DNA of 64,000 nt from Pseudobutyrivibrio sp. UBA1225 (GCA_002309345.1 DBWZ01000094.1:13950-77949), one strand, 5' to 3'; counted from the stretch's first letter, positions 18,381 through 28,171 are shown. Translations and numbers: made by a program. Notes: generated from the letters alone by a model not told the origin.

Positions 18381-19301
18381 ATGGCATTAAGAAAAATAAA
18401 TTGGAACGATCCTCTTATGAGGGCAATCAAAGCTTTCAATTCAATCGGGGGCAACTCCCTCACCAAAGAGGATTTAAAAAGACAGCGCTCAGCAATGGAC
18501 AGAGCTGGCAAACTTGCAGCTCCAAAGGGCGATGTCTCTATAGATGCTTTCAAGGTGCAGGAGATTTCTTGTGAGTGGATTCAGCCAGAGATGGCACGTA
18601 ATCCACAGTATGTGATTCTCTACGCACACGGTGGTGGATATATATGTGGTGGTTTGGGCTACGCCAGAATCTTGGCAGCCAAGCTGGCATTGGCAACAGG
18701 GTTTTCTGTTGTATCCTTTGCATATCGGCTTGCGCCTGAGCACAAATACCCTGCTCAGCTAGAGGATGGACAGGCGATTTGGGACTATCTCCTTCAGAAG
18801 GGGTATGGTGCTTCCAACATCCTGATGGCAGGAGATTCAGCTGGTGGCAATCTTGTGCTTTGCCTTACGCAAAGGCTTCTTAAAGAAGACAGAATTTCAC
18901 CTAGAGCTCTGCTTTTGTTTAGCCCATGGACAGATATGTCCGCAGAGTCACCATCATACGAGGAATACGCAGAAAAGGATCCAGTCCTTACACACAGCTA
19001 TGTTTGCAGTGTCAGCCAAGCTTATGCTGGCAAGGATGCCGATATGGCAGATCCATGCTTCAGCCCGCTCAACGGCGAGTTTGAGGGATTCCCTCCTACA
19101 TTTATCATGGTAGGCAAAAACGAGATACTGTTAGATGACAGCACCAGATTACACAAGAAAATCAACAAGGCTGGGGGCAAGGCTTTGATTGACATAGAAA
19201 AGGATGGATGGCATGTTTACCAACAGCTTCCTCTTCCTATGGCTAATCGAGCTATGAAGCGCTTAGCGGACTATATATCTTCCGAGATATATGAGAATTA
19301 A
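18381..19301 (+). CDS. Alpha/beta hydrolase, HSL (family IV) esterase
   Basis: HGGG oxyanion motif, GDSAGG nucleophile, D in VGKNEILLDD, H in GWHVY. Confidence 0.9.
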   Translation: MALRKINWNDPLMRAIKAFNSIGGNSLTKEDLKRQRSAMDRAGKLAAPKGDVSIDAFKVQEISCEWIQPEMARNPQYVILYAHGGGYICGGLGYARILAAKLALATGFSVVSFAYRLAPEHKYPAQLEDGQAIWDYLLQKGYGASNILMAGDSAGGNLVLCLTQRLLKEDRISPRALLLFSPWTDMSAESPSYEEYAEKDPVLTHSYVCSVSQAYAGKDADMADPCFSPLNGEFEGFPPTFIMVGKNEILLDDSTRLHKKINKAGGKALIDIEKDGWHVYQQLPLPMANRAMKRLADYISSEIYEN

Positions 19302-19317
19302 ATAGATAGGTAGAATC

Positions 19318-20565
19318 ATGGCAAGAGAAAATTGGTACAAGGTAGATAACGTTGCAAAAGTTTTCTTGGCCACAGCGGCCAAGAGAGATACAAGAACCCT
19401 CAGGGTCAGTTGCACCCTTTGGGAGGACATAGACAAGGATTTATTGCAGGATGCAGTTCTTTCTGCAATCCAAGACAGGCCTCAGTTTCAGGTGCGAATC
19501 CGCCGAGGCATCTTTTGGCATTACATGGAAGACACCGATTTACAACCGGTGGTTGAAGAGGAGCACGGCAGAGTTTGCCCACCACTTTATGCTCCAGGCC
19601 ACGCAATGCTTCACTACAAGGTTACATACTATGGCAAGCGCATCAATTTGGATTTGTTTCATGCCCTTTCAGATGGAACGGGGGCGTTAGAGTTTTTAAA
19701 TATCATCGTTTTAGATTATTTAAAGCTCAAGTATCCAGACAAATTCGAAGAGGTTACAATACATTCCGGGGCCTCACAGGACGACTTAAACCAAGACAGC
19801 TACAAGCAGTTCTTTGGTAGCATGTATCTAAAGCCATCTACGCTTAAAAAGGCTTATCGTCCTAGTGGATTAAAGCTACCATATGATCAGCTTCAGTTTT
19901 TTGAAATCCAAGTTCCATCTCAGGACATTCTGCCAAAGGCAAAGGAGATTGGAGTCGGGTTAACTAGTTACATCGGCGCCAAGCTGATGATGGCAATCAA
20001 GGAAGATATGCCACCAAGAAAAAAGGAAACACCTATCAATGTTTCCATGCCTGTCAACCTTAGAAACTACTATCCATCAAAGACATCTAGAAACTTTTTC
20101 AACAATGTAAATGTATCGCATGTATTTGATGAGGAAATCTCTTTCGAGAATTTGGCAAATGAATTCGACGAAAAGCTCAAGGCAAATCTATCCGAAGAAA
20201 ACATCAAAAAACAGATGGATAACTTTGAGACCATGGAATACTTTATCCCTGTCAGAGCGGTGCCACTTTTCATCAAACAGATGGTAGTTAAATATGGCTC
20301 CAAGGTCACAGATAAAAAGGTATCTGTTGTTCTTTCTAATCTCGGAGTTCAAAAACCACCAGAGGAACTGGTGCCGATGATTCAAAACTACAGTGGTTTC
20401 TGCAGCTCGCAGAATCTATTTGTAGTCATGTCAAGCTATAACGGCGTGCTTACACTTGGAGTTACATCTCCATATTCAAATACCAGGGTCATCAAAAGCT
20501 TTGTTAGAGGACTTAGCGAAGAGGGCATGAAGGTTAAAGCTTTTGCGACGGAGGTGATTCGATAA
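19318..20565 (+). CDS. CoA-dependent acyltransferase (alcohol acetyltransferase / condensation-like)
   Basis: HxxxDG motif FHALSDGTG, PVNLRNYYPSKTSRNF, LSNLG. Confidence 0.78.
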   Translation: MARENWYKVDNVAKVFLATAAKRDTRTLRVSCTLWEDIDKDLLQDAVLSAIQDRPQFQVRIRRGIFWHYMEDTDLQPVVEEEHGRVCPPLYAPGHAMLHYKVTYYGKRINLDLFHALSDGTGALEFLNIIVLDYLKLKYPDKFEEVTIHSGASQDDLNQDSYKQFFGSMYLKPSTLKKAYRPSGLKLPYDQLQFFEIQVPSQDILPKAKEIGVGLTSYIGAKLMMAIKEDMPPRKKETPINVSMPVNLRNYYPSKTSRNFFNNVNVSHVFDEEISFENLANEFDEKLKANLSEENIKKQMDNFETMEYFIPVRAVPLFIKQMVVKYGSKVTDKKVSVVLSNLGVQKPPEELVPMIQNYSGFCSSQNLFVVMSSYNGVLTLGVTSPYSNTRVIKSFVRGLSEEGMKVKAFATEVIR

Positions 20566-21233
20566 TGAAGAATTGTCCTTATTGTAATATTGAGGTTGGA
20601 GGAGATCTTAAAAAATGCCCGTTCTGCCAAAGTAAGCTGGTGGGCGAGCCAGAAGAAAAATACTTTCCAACTCAGACAATACTTAAAATTCAATCATTTT
20701 TTTATAAGCTACAGTTATTTATAGTTTGGATTGCAATCATCACCTTGATGGGTTTGGATTTTCTTTTCCATCTTCCACTTTATCCAGGGTGTGATTTCCA
20801 CTGGAGTTTGTTGTTTTTTATGTGGCTTTTGGCGTTTGAATTTAGCATCATCAGGCTGTTCAAAAAGGGCATGAGCGCTTCGCGAATCCTTTCAATATCG
20901 GTTGGCATGGTGATGATAATGCTTGGCATAACAGCATACTATATAGGTTTTTTCAAAGAATATATTTATTGGGTGCTGCCAAATGGAGTTATGGCAACCA
21001 TGATTTGCAACTTTATCTTTTCAATGATAGACAAGACTGGAAACGCAATGGGTTATCTTTTAACCAATCTTCTAATCGGTATTTTACCGTACATTGCTTT
21101 CTATATTATGCAGACCAATTGCCCACTAGAGTGGATGATATGCTTGTTAGTCAGCATCGCACTATTCATCGGTGCAATTATCTTTAGAGGAAGGGAAGTT
21201 GTTAGTGAAATTCAGCGTCGTCTGAATGTTTAG
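20565..21233 (+). CDS. Zinc-ribbon membrane protein (DUF6320-like)
   Basis: CPYC..CPFC N-terminus followed by about 6 TM segments; start overlaps the upstream stop. Confidence 0.72.
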   Translation: MKNCPYCNIEVGGDLKKCPFCQSKLVGEPEEKYFPTQTILKIQSFFYKLQLFIVWIAIITLMGLDFLFHLPLYPGCDFHWSLLFFMWLLAFEFSIIRLFKKGMSASRILSISVGMVMIMLGITAYYIGFFKEYIYWVLPNGVMATMICNFIFSMIDKTGNAMGYLLTNLLIGILPYIAFYIMQTNCPLEWMICLLVSIALFIGAIIFRGREVVSEIQRRLNV

Positions 21234-21268
21234 GGGTCTATAGATTGAATAATTATGGGGGATGAGGG

Positions 21269-23863
21269 ATGATTGCTAGAGACGAATCTATGGAGAAGGC
21301 TAAATATTTGTTGAGTAACTTCGATAGAGCACTCAAGGAGGAGTGGATTGAAGTTTACTATCAGCCAATAATCAGAGCCGCCAGCGGCAGGGTGTGTAAC
21401 GAGGAAGCCTTGGTTAGGTGGGACGACCCGATTATTGGTGTGCTAAATCCAGGGGATTTTATCGCCATTTTGGAGGCGGTAAACGTTGTTCACAAGCTTG
21501 ATTTATACGTGTTAGAGCACGTTTTAGTCAAGATGAAGGAGCAACAAAAACAAGGAATTTTTGTGGTACCAACATCAATCAATCTTTCACAGATTGATTT
21601 CTATTCCTGCGATATTGTGGACGAATTAGTCGCACGAGTTGATGATGCAGGAATACCTAGAAGTAAAATTGCTCTCGAGGTAACAGAGACAGCTACTGCC
21701 AGAAACAACGAAAATGTTCTAGAACAGCTTGTTAAGCTTAAGGAGCTTGGTTTCAAGGTGTGGATGGATGATTATGGCAGCGGAGATTCTTCGCCTATGC
21801 TGTTTCAAAAGATTCACTTTGATCTACTTAAGATAAATATTTCCTTAGTTAATCAAGTTAAATATAACGAGACCGCCAAGGTTATTATCACCGAGCTCAT
21901 TAGAATGGCTATAGCTCTTGGAATGGAGACTGCGGCTGAAGGCGTCGAGACAGAGGAACAGGCTGAATTTCTCAAGGAAATCGGCTGCGCCAAGCTTCAG
22001 GGGTTCTATTATTGCAGGCCAATTCCAAAGGAAGTGGTCTTTGATCGATATAAAAAAGGTGCCCAGATTGGATTCGAGAATCCAGCGGAGGCGGACTATT
22101 ACTCTGCAGTTGGAAATGTAAATCTATATGATTTATCAGTTGCCAAAAAGGAGCCGGATGAAGACAATCCAATGTCCGGATATTTTGATACATGGCCTAT
22201 GGCTATCGTCGAATCCGATGGTGAAGATTTTACAGTTGTCAGAGGTAACAAAACCTTTAGAGAATTCGTAGAAACGAATTTCCCACATAAAGCAGATGAG
22301 ATTAACTACAAATTCACTTCGAATGTAGAGGGCGTGGGTTCCTACACAGTCGCTGCTATGAAGCAATGCTGTATGGACGGCAAGATGATAGTTATTGACG
22401 ATAGAACTGCAGACGGTAAGGCGGTGCAGATGCTCATTCAGCGCATCGCTGTCAACGAGGTGACACATGTCACTGCTCTTGCTTTTGTAATTCTTTCAAT
22501 TACAGATTCTCAGCATGCTGCTGCGGACAATCTTACCTATAATTATATAGCTAGAGTTCTTTCTGAAGATTATATAGACCTTTTCTTTGTGGATTTGGAC
22601 ACAGGTAAATTTGTGGAGTATGCTCCCGACGGAAACAACCGAGATATCTCTGTTGAGCGTCACGGGGATAATTTCTTTGAGCAGGTTAAGAAAGATGCAA
22701 TTGAAAATGTCCACAAGGAAGATCAGCATATGTTCCTTGAATCCTTTGACAAGGATTTTATTGAAAAGAATCTTAAGGAACATGGGGTATTCTCGCTGAC
22801 TTATCGACTCTATATAGATATGGTGCCAACCTATGTCAACCTAAAGGCTGTCAAGACAAGGACGAAGGGCAATCAGATTATCATCGGTGTCAGCAATGTG
22901 GATGCTCAGGTTCGCAGGCAGGAGGCTCTTGAGCGTGTCAAGGAAGAACAGATAACATTCTCACGTATTGCAGCTTTGTCTGGAGATTTTATCAGTATCT
23001 ATACAGTGGATCCAAACACTGATCGCTATGAAATCTACAAGACAACCTCAAGATTCCAAGCCTTGAATCTTGAAAGCTCAGGTGAAAATTTCTTTGAGGA
23101 AGCAGTAGAGGAGATTAAATCCTGCATCTATCCAGAGGATCTAGAGGGCTTTTTGAAGGTTTTCAGCAAAAATCAGGTTATGGATAAAATCAAGGAAAAT
23201 GGACTCTTTGTTTACAACTACAGGCTTTGCTTCGACGGAGTTCCTTCCTATGTCACCCTAAAGATTGCAAAGGTAGAGGAGATGGATGGACCACAGCTGA
23301 TTGTGGGTTTGATTGACATTGATGAGCAGGTTCGCAAGGAGTTGGAGTACTCTATCAATCTTGCTATCGCAGAGGATAAGGCATATAAGGACGAGCTGAC
23401 AGGAGTCAAAAACAAACACTCATATGCCGATTTTGAGGATATGCTTAACGACAAAATCCGAAAAGAAGGTGAAGCAGAGTTTGCCATTGTAATACTTGAT
23501 TTAAATGGACTAAAGCAGGTCAATGACAATTTGGGACATCAGTCCGGAGATTTATTTATCCAGCAAGGATGCTCAATCATCTGTAACATCTTTTCTCACA
23601 GTCCAGTTTACCGTGTTGGCGGAGACGAGTTTGTTGTAGTAGCTCAAGGGGGGGATTATAACAATCTAGACAAGCTGCTGGCTGAGCTTTCAGAAGTTAA
23701 TAAGAATAATCACGAGAACCATGAGGTTACTATGGCATTTGGTGAAGCTAAGTTCCAAGATAAGGATAGATTTGTTTCGGATGTTTTTGAGCGAGCGGAT
23801 TCAAAAATGTACAAGAAAAAGAAAGAAATGAAGCGTCACGGTTACGGACGTTTTACTGATTGA
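21269..23863 (+). CDS. EAL-PAS-PAS-GGDEF protein
   Basis: N-terminal EAL (EEALVRW, DDYGSG), two PAS-like repeats (VHKED, IYPED), C-terminal intact GGDEF. Confidence 0.88.
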   Translation: MIARDESMEKAKYLLSNFDRALKEEWIEVYYQPIIRAASGRVCNEEALVRWDDPIIGVLNPGDFIAILEAVNVVHKLDLYVLEHVLVKMKEQQKQGIFVVPTSINLSQIDFYSCDIVDELVARVDDAGIPRSKIALEVTETATARNNENVLEQLVKLKELGFKVWMDDYGSGDSSPMLFQKIHFDLLKINISLVNQVKYNETAKVIITELIRMAIALGMETAAEGVETEEQAEFLKEIGCAKLQGFYYCRPIPKEVVFDRYKKGAQIGFENPAEADYYSAVGNVNLYDLSVAKKEPDEDNPMSGYFDTWPMAIVESDGEDFTVVRGNKTFREFVETNFPHKADEINYKFTSNVEGVGSYTVAAMKQCCMDGKMIVIDDRTADGKAVQMLIQRIAVNEVTHVTALAFVILSITDSQHAAADNLTYNYIARVLSEDYIDLFFVDLDTGKFVEYAPDGNNRDISVERHGDNFFEQVKKDAIENVHKEDQHMFLESFDKDFIEKNLKEHGVFSLTYRLYIDMVPTYVNLKAVKTRTKGNQIIIGVSNVDAQVRRQEALERVKEEQITFSRIAALSGDFISIYTVDPNTDRYEIYKTTSRFQALNLESSGENFFEEAVEEIKSCIYPEDLEGFLKVFSKNQVMDKIKENGLFVYNYRLCFDGVPSYVTLKIAKVEEMDGPQLIVGLIDIDEQVRKELEYSINLAIAEDKAYKDELTGVKNKHSYADFEDMLNDKIRKEGEAEFAIVILDLNGLKQVNDNLGHQSGDLFIQQGCSIICNIFSHSPVYRVGGDEFVVVAQGGDYNNLDKLLAELSEVNKNNHENHEVTMAFGEAKFQDKDRFVSDVFERADSKMYKKKKEMKRHGYGRFTD

Positions 23864-23888
23864 CAAAGATTTAACAATACACTATGAT
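23860..23888 (+). promoter_or_regulatory. SigmaA promoter of crt with overlapping Rex-like operator
   Basis: TTGACA-N17-TATGAT; TTGACAAAGATTTAACAA (23860-23877) is a 2-mismatch fit to the clostridial Rex palindrome TTGTTAA-N4-TTAACAA. Confidence 0.65.
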
Positions 23889-23933
23889 ATCTTTATGAGA
23901 AAAAATGGGCTCACCCAAAAGAGGAGGATTACT

Positions 23934-24737
23934 ATGAGCGAATTCAACAATTTAAAGCTTGAGGTTGCTGATGAGATTGCTGTTCTTACAATTTCACGTC
24001 CAGCAGCCCTTAATGCACTTAACAGTGAGACACTTGACGAGTTAAACGTTGCTTTGACAGAAATCGAAGCTAGAGACGATGTAAAGGTTCTTATCCTTAC
24101 TGGCGGTCCTGATAAGAAAGATAATGCATTCAAGTCATTTGTCGCTGGTGCAGATATTTCAGAGATGGTTAACTTTACAGCTGCAGAGGCACGCGCTTTC
24201 GGTATGAGAGCATCAGTTCCTTTCTTCAAGCTCATGAACATGAGACAGGTTACAATCTGTGCAGTTAACGGTTTTGCACTCGGTGGTGGATGCGAGATTT
24301 CTATGGCTTGTGATATTCGTATCGCATCTGAGAATGCTACATTTGGTCAGCCAGAGTGTGGTCTTGGTATCATCCCAGGCTTCGGTGGCACACAGAGACT
24401 TGCTCGTCTTGTAGGCATGGGACGCGCTAAAGAGCTTATCTTCACATGCGATTCAATCGATGCAAACGAGGCATACAGAATCGGTCTTGTAAACAAGGTT
24501 GTTCCAGCTGAAGAGCTTATGAATACAGCAAAGGCTATGGCTGCTAAGATTGCTTCTAAGGGAAGCTATGCAGTATCTATCGCAAAGGCTGCTATCAACA
24601 ACGGTTATGACATGGATATCAAGAACGCAGTTGAGATGGAAGCAAACCTCTTCGGAATTACATGCTCTACTCACGACAAGGCAGAGGGTATGGGTGCATT
24701 CCTTGAGAGACGTGCTGCAAACCTCACAGACTTCTAA
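23934..24737 (+). CDS. crt: Short-chain enoyl-CoA hydratase (crotonase)
   Basis: FVAGADI, VNGFALGGGCE, FGQPE.GLGIIPGFGGTQRL; start after GAGGAGG. Confidence 0.88.
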   Translation: MSEFNNLKLEVADEIAVLTISRPAALNALNSETLDELNVALTEIEARDDVKVLILTGGPDKKDNAFKSFVAGADISEMVNFTAAEARAFGMRASVPFFKLMNMRQVTICAVNGFALGGGCEISMACDIRIASENATFGQPECGLGIIPGFGGTQRLARLVGMGRAKELIFTCDSIDANEAYRIGLVNKVVPAEELMNTAKAMAAKIASKGSYAVSIAKAAINNGYDMDIKNAVEMEANLFGITCSTHDKAEGMGAFLERRAANLTDF

Positions 24738-24783
24738 TTTTAGATTTTAAAAATGCTTAATAGAAATTAATATAGAAATAAGA

Positions 24784-24808
24784 AACGCCCAGGCATTGCC
24801 TGGGCGTT
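24784..24808. terminator. Palindromic terminator between convergent crt and ORFan A
   Basis: AACGCCCAGGCA-T-TGCCTGGGCGTT. Confidence 0.7.
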
Positions 24809-24839
24809 AGTTTGTTTAAAGAACTTAGCTAGATTATGG

Positions 24840-25616
24840 CTATTTCTGATTGCGAGAAGGACTTTGTTTCTGTTGAGCTTCCCATTCCCGGAGGTGCTGA
24901 AGACTAGAAGTTCTTGGTTTAGGAGTAGGAGGTTCTGATTGTTGGTAGCTGCTATTCTGGATACTTGTTGCAGTTTGTGATGTAATATTAGGCTCCGAAA
25001 CAAGTTGATTATTGTCATTTTGATGCGTATTTTGTACAGCTAGTGTGTTATTCTCTTGTTTATTCTGACTTGATTGCTCTAGTTGATTCACTTTATTAGT
25101 TAACGCTTGTATAATTAAGTTTTGATTGTCTAACATAGCAGTTAACTCTTGTATAGTTGAGTTTTGCCTAGTCACTTTATTATTTAGACTACGATTATCT
25201 CTCTCTAGCTGGGCTACTTTATCCGACAAATCATTAGTTCGTCTATCGATGTCATTAACAGCGTTAACTATATAGTTATTTATATAATAATCTATTTGAT
25301 TGAAACGATTTTCACTAGAATCTATAGTACGTAATAATAGCTCGTTGAGCTCACTAATCTCTTGTCTTTGGTCTAATATAACGTTTGTTCGATTTACCGG
25401 TGCTTCTCCTTGGCTCCCATTCGGATATACTGGCCCATGGTTTATCATATCTGGTTCCATAGGGGTTACTGATGTTGCTGTAGTACTAAAGAAATCCGAA
25501 TTCCTGGTTATAAAATCAAAAGATGGCAATGGGCCTGACTCGCTAGTTCTTTCATTATCAGTTCCGCTACGTCCGTAAGAATCGGCGTAGTCATTTAAAT
25601 TATTATTATCACTCAT
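24840..25616 (-). CDS. ORFan A: N/Q/S-rich protein with central coiled coil, no signal peptide
   Basis: 258-codon ORF, AGAAAGGA SD, heptad-like central region, disordered ends. Confidence 0.7.
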   Translation of the reverse strand: MSDNNNLNDYADSYGRSGTDNERTSESGPLPSFDFITRNSDFFSTTATSVTPMEPDMINHGPVYPNGSQGEAPVNRTNVILDQRQEISELNELLLRTIDSSENRFNQIDYYINNYIVNAVNDIDRRTNDLSDKVAQLERDNRSLNNKVTRQNSTIQELTAMLDNQNLIIQALTNKVNQLEQSSQNKQENNTLAVQNTHQNDNNQLVSEPNITSQTATSIQNSSYQQSEPPTPKPRTSSLQHLREWEAQQKQSPSRNQK

Positions 25617-25819
25617 TTGTATTTTCCTTTCTAAAATTGATAATTATAAATAAAAAACAGTTACATATATATATATCAATAAAAAAATTATTTTTTTTCC
25701 AAAATTTGGAAAAAAATCCATATTTTTTATTGAATTATATATGTACATGTACAGAAGATTGTTACTTTTTTGACAAAGAGGTAGCAAATAATTAACAGAA
25801 AAAATATGGAGGAAAATTA

Positions 25820-26377
25820 ATGAAGAAACAAATTATTGCAACAACATTACTTGCAACTATGGCATTAACAGTGGGCTATGCCAACAAGGCAGACGTAAAG
25901 GTTGCTACGCACGAGGGAAATGTAGTTGAAGCTAAAGCAGATTATGTTAGTCCAATAGATACATCCGATTATACCCAATTACCAGTGGTATATGGGCGTT
26001 ATGCAGAAGCAGCTGGACCTAGGTATATTTTTGATAAATATACCGATGAGGAAACATCTAATTTTACTAATTCCCTTAAAGAAAATGTATATAGTTTTAA
26101 AAGAAAGGGTAACAATTATCCTGATATGCAGATGAAAACATATATGGATAATACATATGGTTCCGAAGAGGTGGCAAGTATCACTGTTTACAGCAATAGT
26201 GTGCCAATGGGAAAGGGAAATATGATTGGGAAATCATTCGACTATGTAAAGAACTCAATTAAATATGCACCGCTGAGACAAGGGAATGATTGGCTACAAT
26301 ACGAGTGTGCAGGCGGTACGATTGAATATAGTGGATCCAATGGTAAGGTGACGAGTGTATCTCTATTTTTTAAATAG
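25820..26377 (+). CDS. Secreted hypothetical protein, paralog 1
   Basis: GGAGG SD, signal peptide MKKQIIATTLLATMALTVGYA. Confidence 0.8.
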   Translation: MKKQIIATTLLATMALTVGYANKADVKVATHEGNVVEAKADYVSPIDTSDYTQLPVVYGRYAEAAGPRYIFDKYTDEETSNFTNSLKENVYSFKRKGNNYPDMQMKTYMDNTYGSEEVASITVYSNSVPMGKGNMIGKSFDYVKNSIKYAPLRQGNDWLQYECAGGTIEYSGSNGKVTSVSLFFK

Positions 26378-26536
26378 ACATTAATTTTAAAAGTGATTTT
26401 GAAGCAATCACTGTAAAAAATGGTGTTAAATGAAAAACACCTTCTTTTATTGAATAATATATGTACATGTACAGTGGGGGCTACTTTTTATAGAAGAAGT
26501 AGCATAACTAGCTTTAAAGACAGGAGGAAAAATTCT

Positions 26537-27055
26537 ATGAAGAGAAAACAATTGATTGCAGCGACATTACTTGCATCTATGGTATTGACTGTTGGCTATG
26601 CCAACAAGGCAGATGTAAAGGTTACTACACATGAAGGAAATGTAGTTGAGACGAAAGCGGGTATTGATTCTTTGAAAACAATAAACGGCTTGACAATCAA
26701 TAATTATCCGGTAGCTTTTTTGTTATCTAAAGATTATAATGATATGTTTCCGGATGATTCTTCTAGTATTCCTTGGGAAAGGACCATTTATATCTATAAA
26801 GATAATGATCTTAAGTTGGTGCTCAAGGTAGATAAAAACACTAATCGAGTAAACTCAGTTTCAACCTATACTGATGATGTTGACTTAGGTTATGGAATGA
26901 AAATCGGAAATTCAATAAGTGATATAAAGAAGAGTATTCCTCTTAAACCAAAATATGAATGGGGCGAGGATGTGGGATACGACCTCGGAGATACTACGGT
27001 TCAACTACGCGCTGAGGATGGCAAGTTAGTTGGTGTAGATTTATTAAGAAATTAG
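26537..27055 (+). CDS. Secreted hypothetical protein, paralog 2
   Basis: AGGAGG SD, N-terminal 40 aa nearly identical to paralog 1; start moved to 26537. Confidence 0.8.
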   Translation: MKRKQLIAATLLASMVLTVGYANKADVKVTTHEGNVVETKAGIDSLKTINGLTINNYPVAFLLSKDYNDMFPDDSSSIPWERTIYIYKDNDLKLVLKVDKNTNRVNSVSTYTDDVDLGYGMKIGNSISDIKKSIPLKPKYEWGEDVGYDLGDTTVQLRAEDGKLVGVDLLRN

Positions 27056-27086
27056 ATGCACAAATAAACTAGTTATGTAATTATAT

Positions 27087-27128
27087 AAAGTGATTGTCAC
27101 AGAGTATTTTGTGACAATCACTTTTTTT
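27087..27128 (+). terminator. Terminator after paralog 2
   Basis: AAAGTGATTGTCACA...TGTGACAATCACTTTTTTT. Confidence 0.8.
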
Positions 27129-27298
27129 GTTTTCGCAAATTTTTTGGGAATAAAATCAAGAAAAAAACACCCAAGACATGATTTGTTCTCTACATATCAA
27201 CTAAGTGTGGGTGTTTTTTTTAGAAAAGAGGATTAGAAAGCTAACAAAATGCAAAATTTTCTTTATCCATTTTATATCCTCCGTTAAACAGATTTTGT

Positions 27299-27991
27299 CT
27301 ACTGTTTGTTATTATGGAGTAATGGTTGTTGGCTGTCATATGAAGGTGCTGAGGAAATCTGGCTAGCATTTTCATCGATACCATTAGTGTATGTAGATCG
27401 GTTGTACGGATTGTTTGCTACATATACGGGGGGTTGTTGTTGCCCTTTCTTATAATTAATCATTTCGCCTGCAAGTTCTCCAATCCTATATTTGAGAACT
27501 TTCTCTTTTAGTTTATTTATCTTGCTTGCTTCCTCAACTTTTTCGTTTAATCTCTTATAGTTATTTTTTAAATCATTTTTATAAAGCTTTTTTACTTCTT
27601 TTTTAAGCGAAGAATTTTCAATTTTTTTCTTTAATGTTTTACTCTCTTCAATTAGATTGAATGCGGATTCATACTCGGCTTTTCGCAGTGCTACTTTGGT
27701 TTCATAGTATGTTCGTACTATCTTAATCTGTTTTGAATTAAGTTTTTTAACATCTTTTATACTTAAATAAGCGCTTTTTCTTTTATCATAGTCTTTTTTT
27801 AGTTCTTGCGGCACCTCGCTTTTGGGAATTTTTTTTAAGGCCTCTTTTAGTCTTTCAATCATTGCATCTTTTTCTTTTATAAGTGCATTGTTCGCATTGT
27901 TTTTCTTTCCGGTTCGATTTTTTAGATAATCCTTTAAAAAACCTTTGATCTTAAACTTTGTTTTCTTTTTTGCTTCATTTTTGTTTGACAT
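27299..27991 (-). CDS. ORFan B: very Lys-rich helical protein with Q/P-rich tail
   Basis: 230-codon ORF, AGAAAGGA SD, downstream hairpin AAAAAAACACCC..GGGTGTTTTTTT. Confidence 0.68.
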   Translation of the reverse strand: MSNKNEAKKKTKFKIKGFLKDYLKNRTGKKNNANNALIKEKDAMIERLKEALKKIPKSEVPQELKKDYDKRKSAYLSIKDVKKLNSKQIKIVRTYYETKVALRKAEYESAFNLIEESKTLKKKIENSSLKKEVKKLYKNDLKNNYKRLNEKVEEASKINKLKEKVLKYRIGELAGEMINYKKGQQQPPVYVANNPYNRSTYTNGIDENASQISSAPSYDSQQPLLHNNKQ

Positions 27992-28171
27992 ATTTTTATC
28001 CTTTCTATTGCTAAGTAAATTTTTTAGTGTCAGGCATCTACAAAATCACAAATAGTCAATCGTAGGTGCGTCTATATAGTAATTCAATAAAATTTTTGAG
28101 ATTTTTCCATTTCTTACGAATTTATTGCGAATTCTAAGAAATATTTAAGAAATCTTTTAGATTTAGCTCAC

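Noticed and set aside
14198-21268. c-di-GMP (GEMM) or other metabolite riboswitches upstream of the MCP and GGDEF/EAL genes
   Set aside because: No GGCAAA/GAAA/GACGCAAAG-type core was seen; the hairpins found are simple terminators. An Infernal scan would be definitive.
25820-27055. Diversity-generating retroelement or invertase shufflon acting on the paralogs
   Set aside because: No RT or recombinase in the window, no TR/VR pair differing only at adenines, and no inverted recombination sites.
24840-27991. Prophage or integrative element explaining the AT-rich patch
   Set aside because: No integrase, transposase, tRNA target or flanking direct repeats were found.
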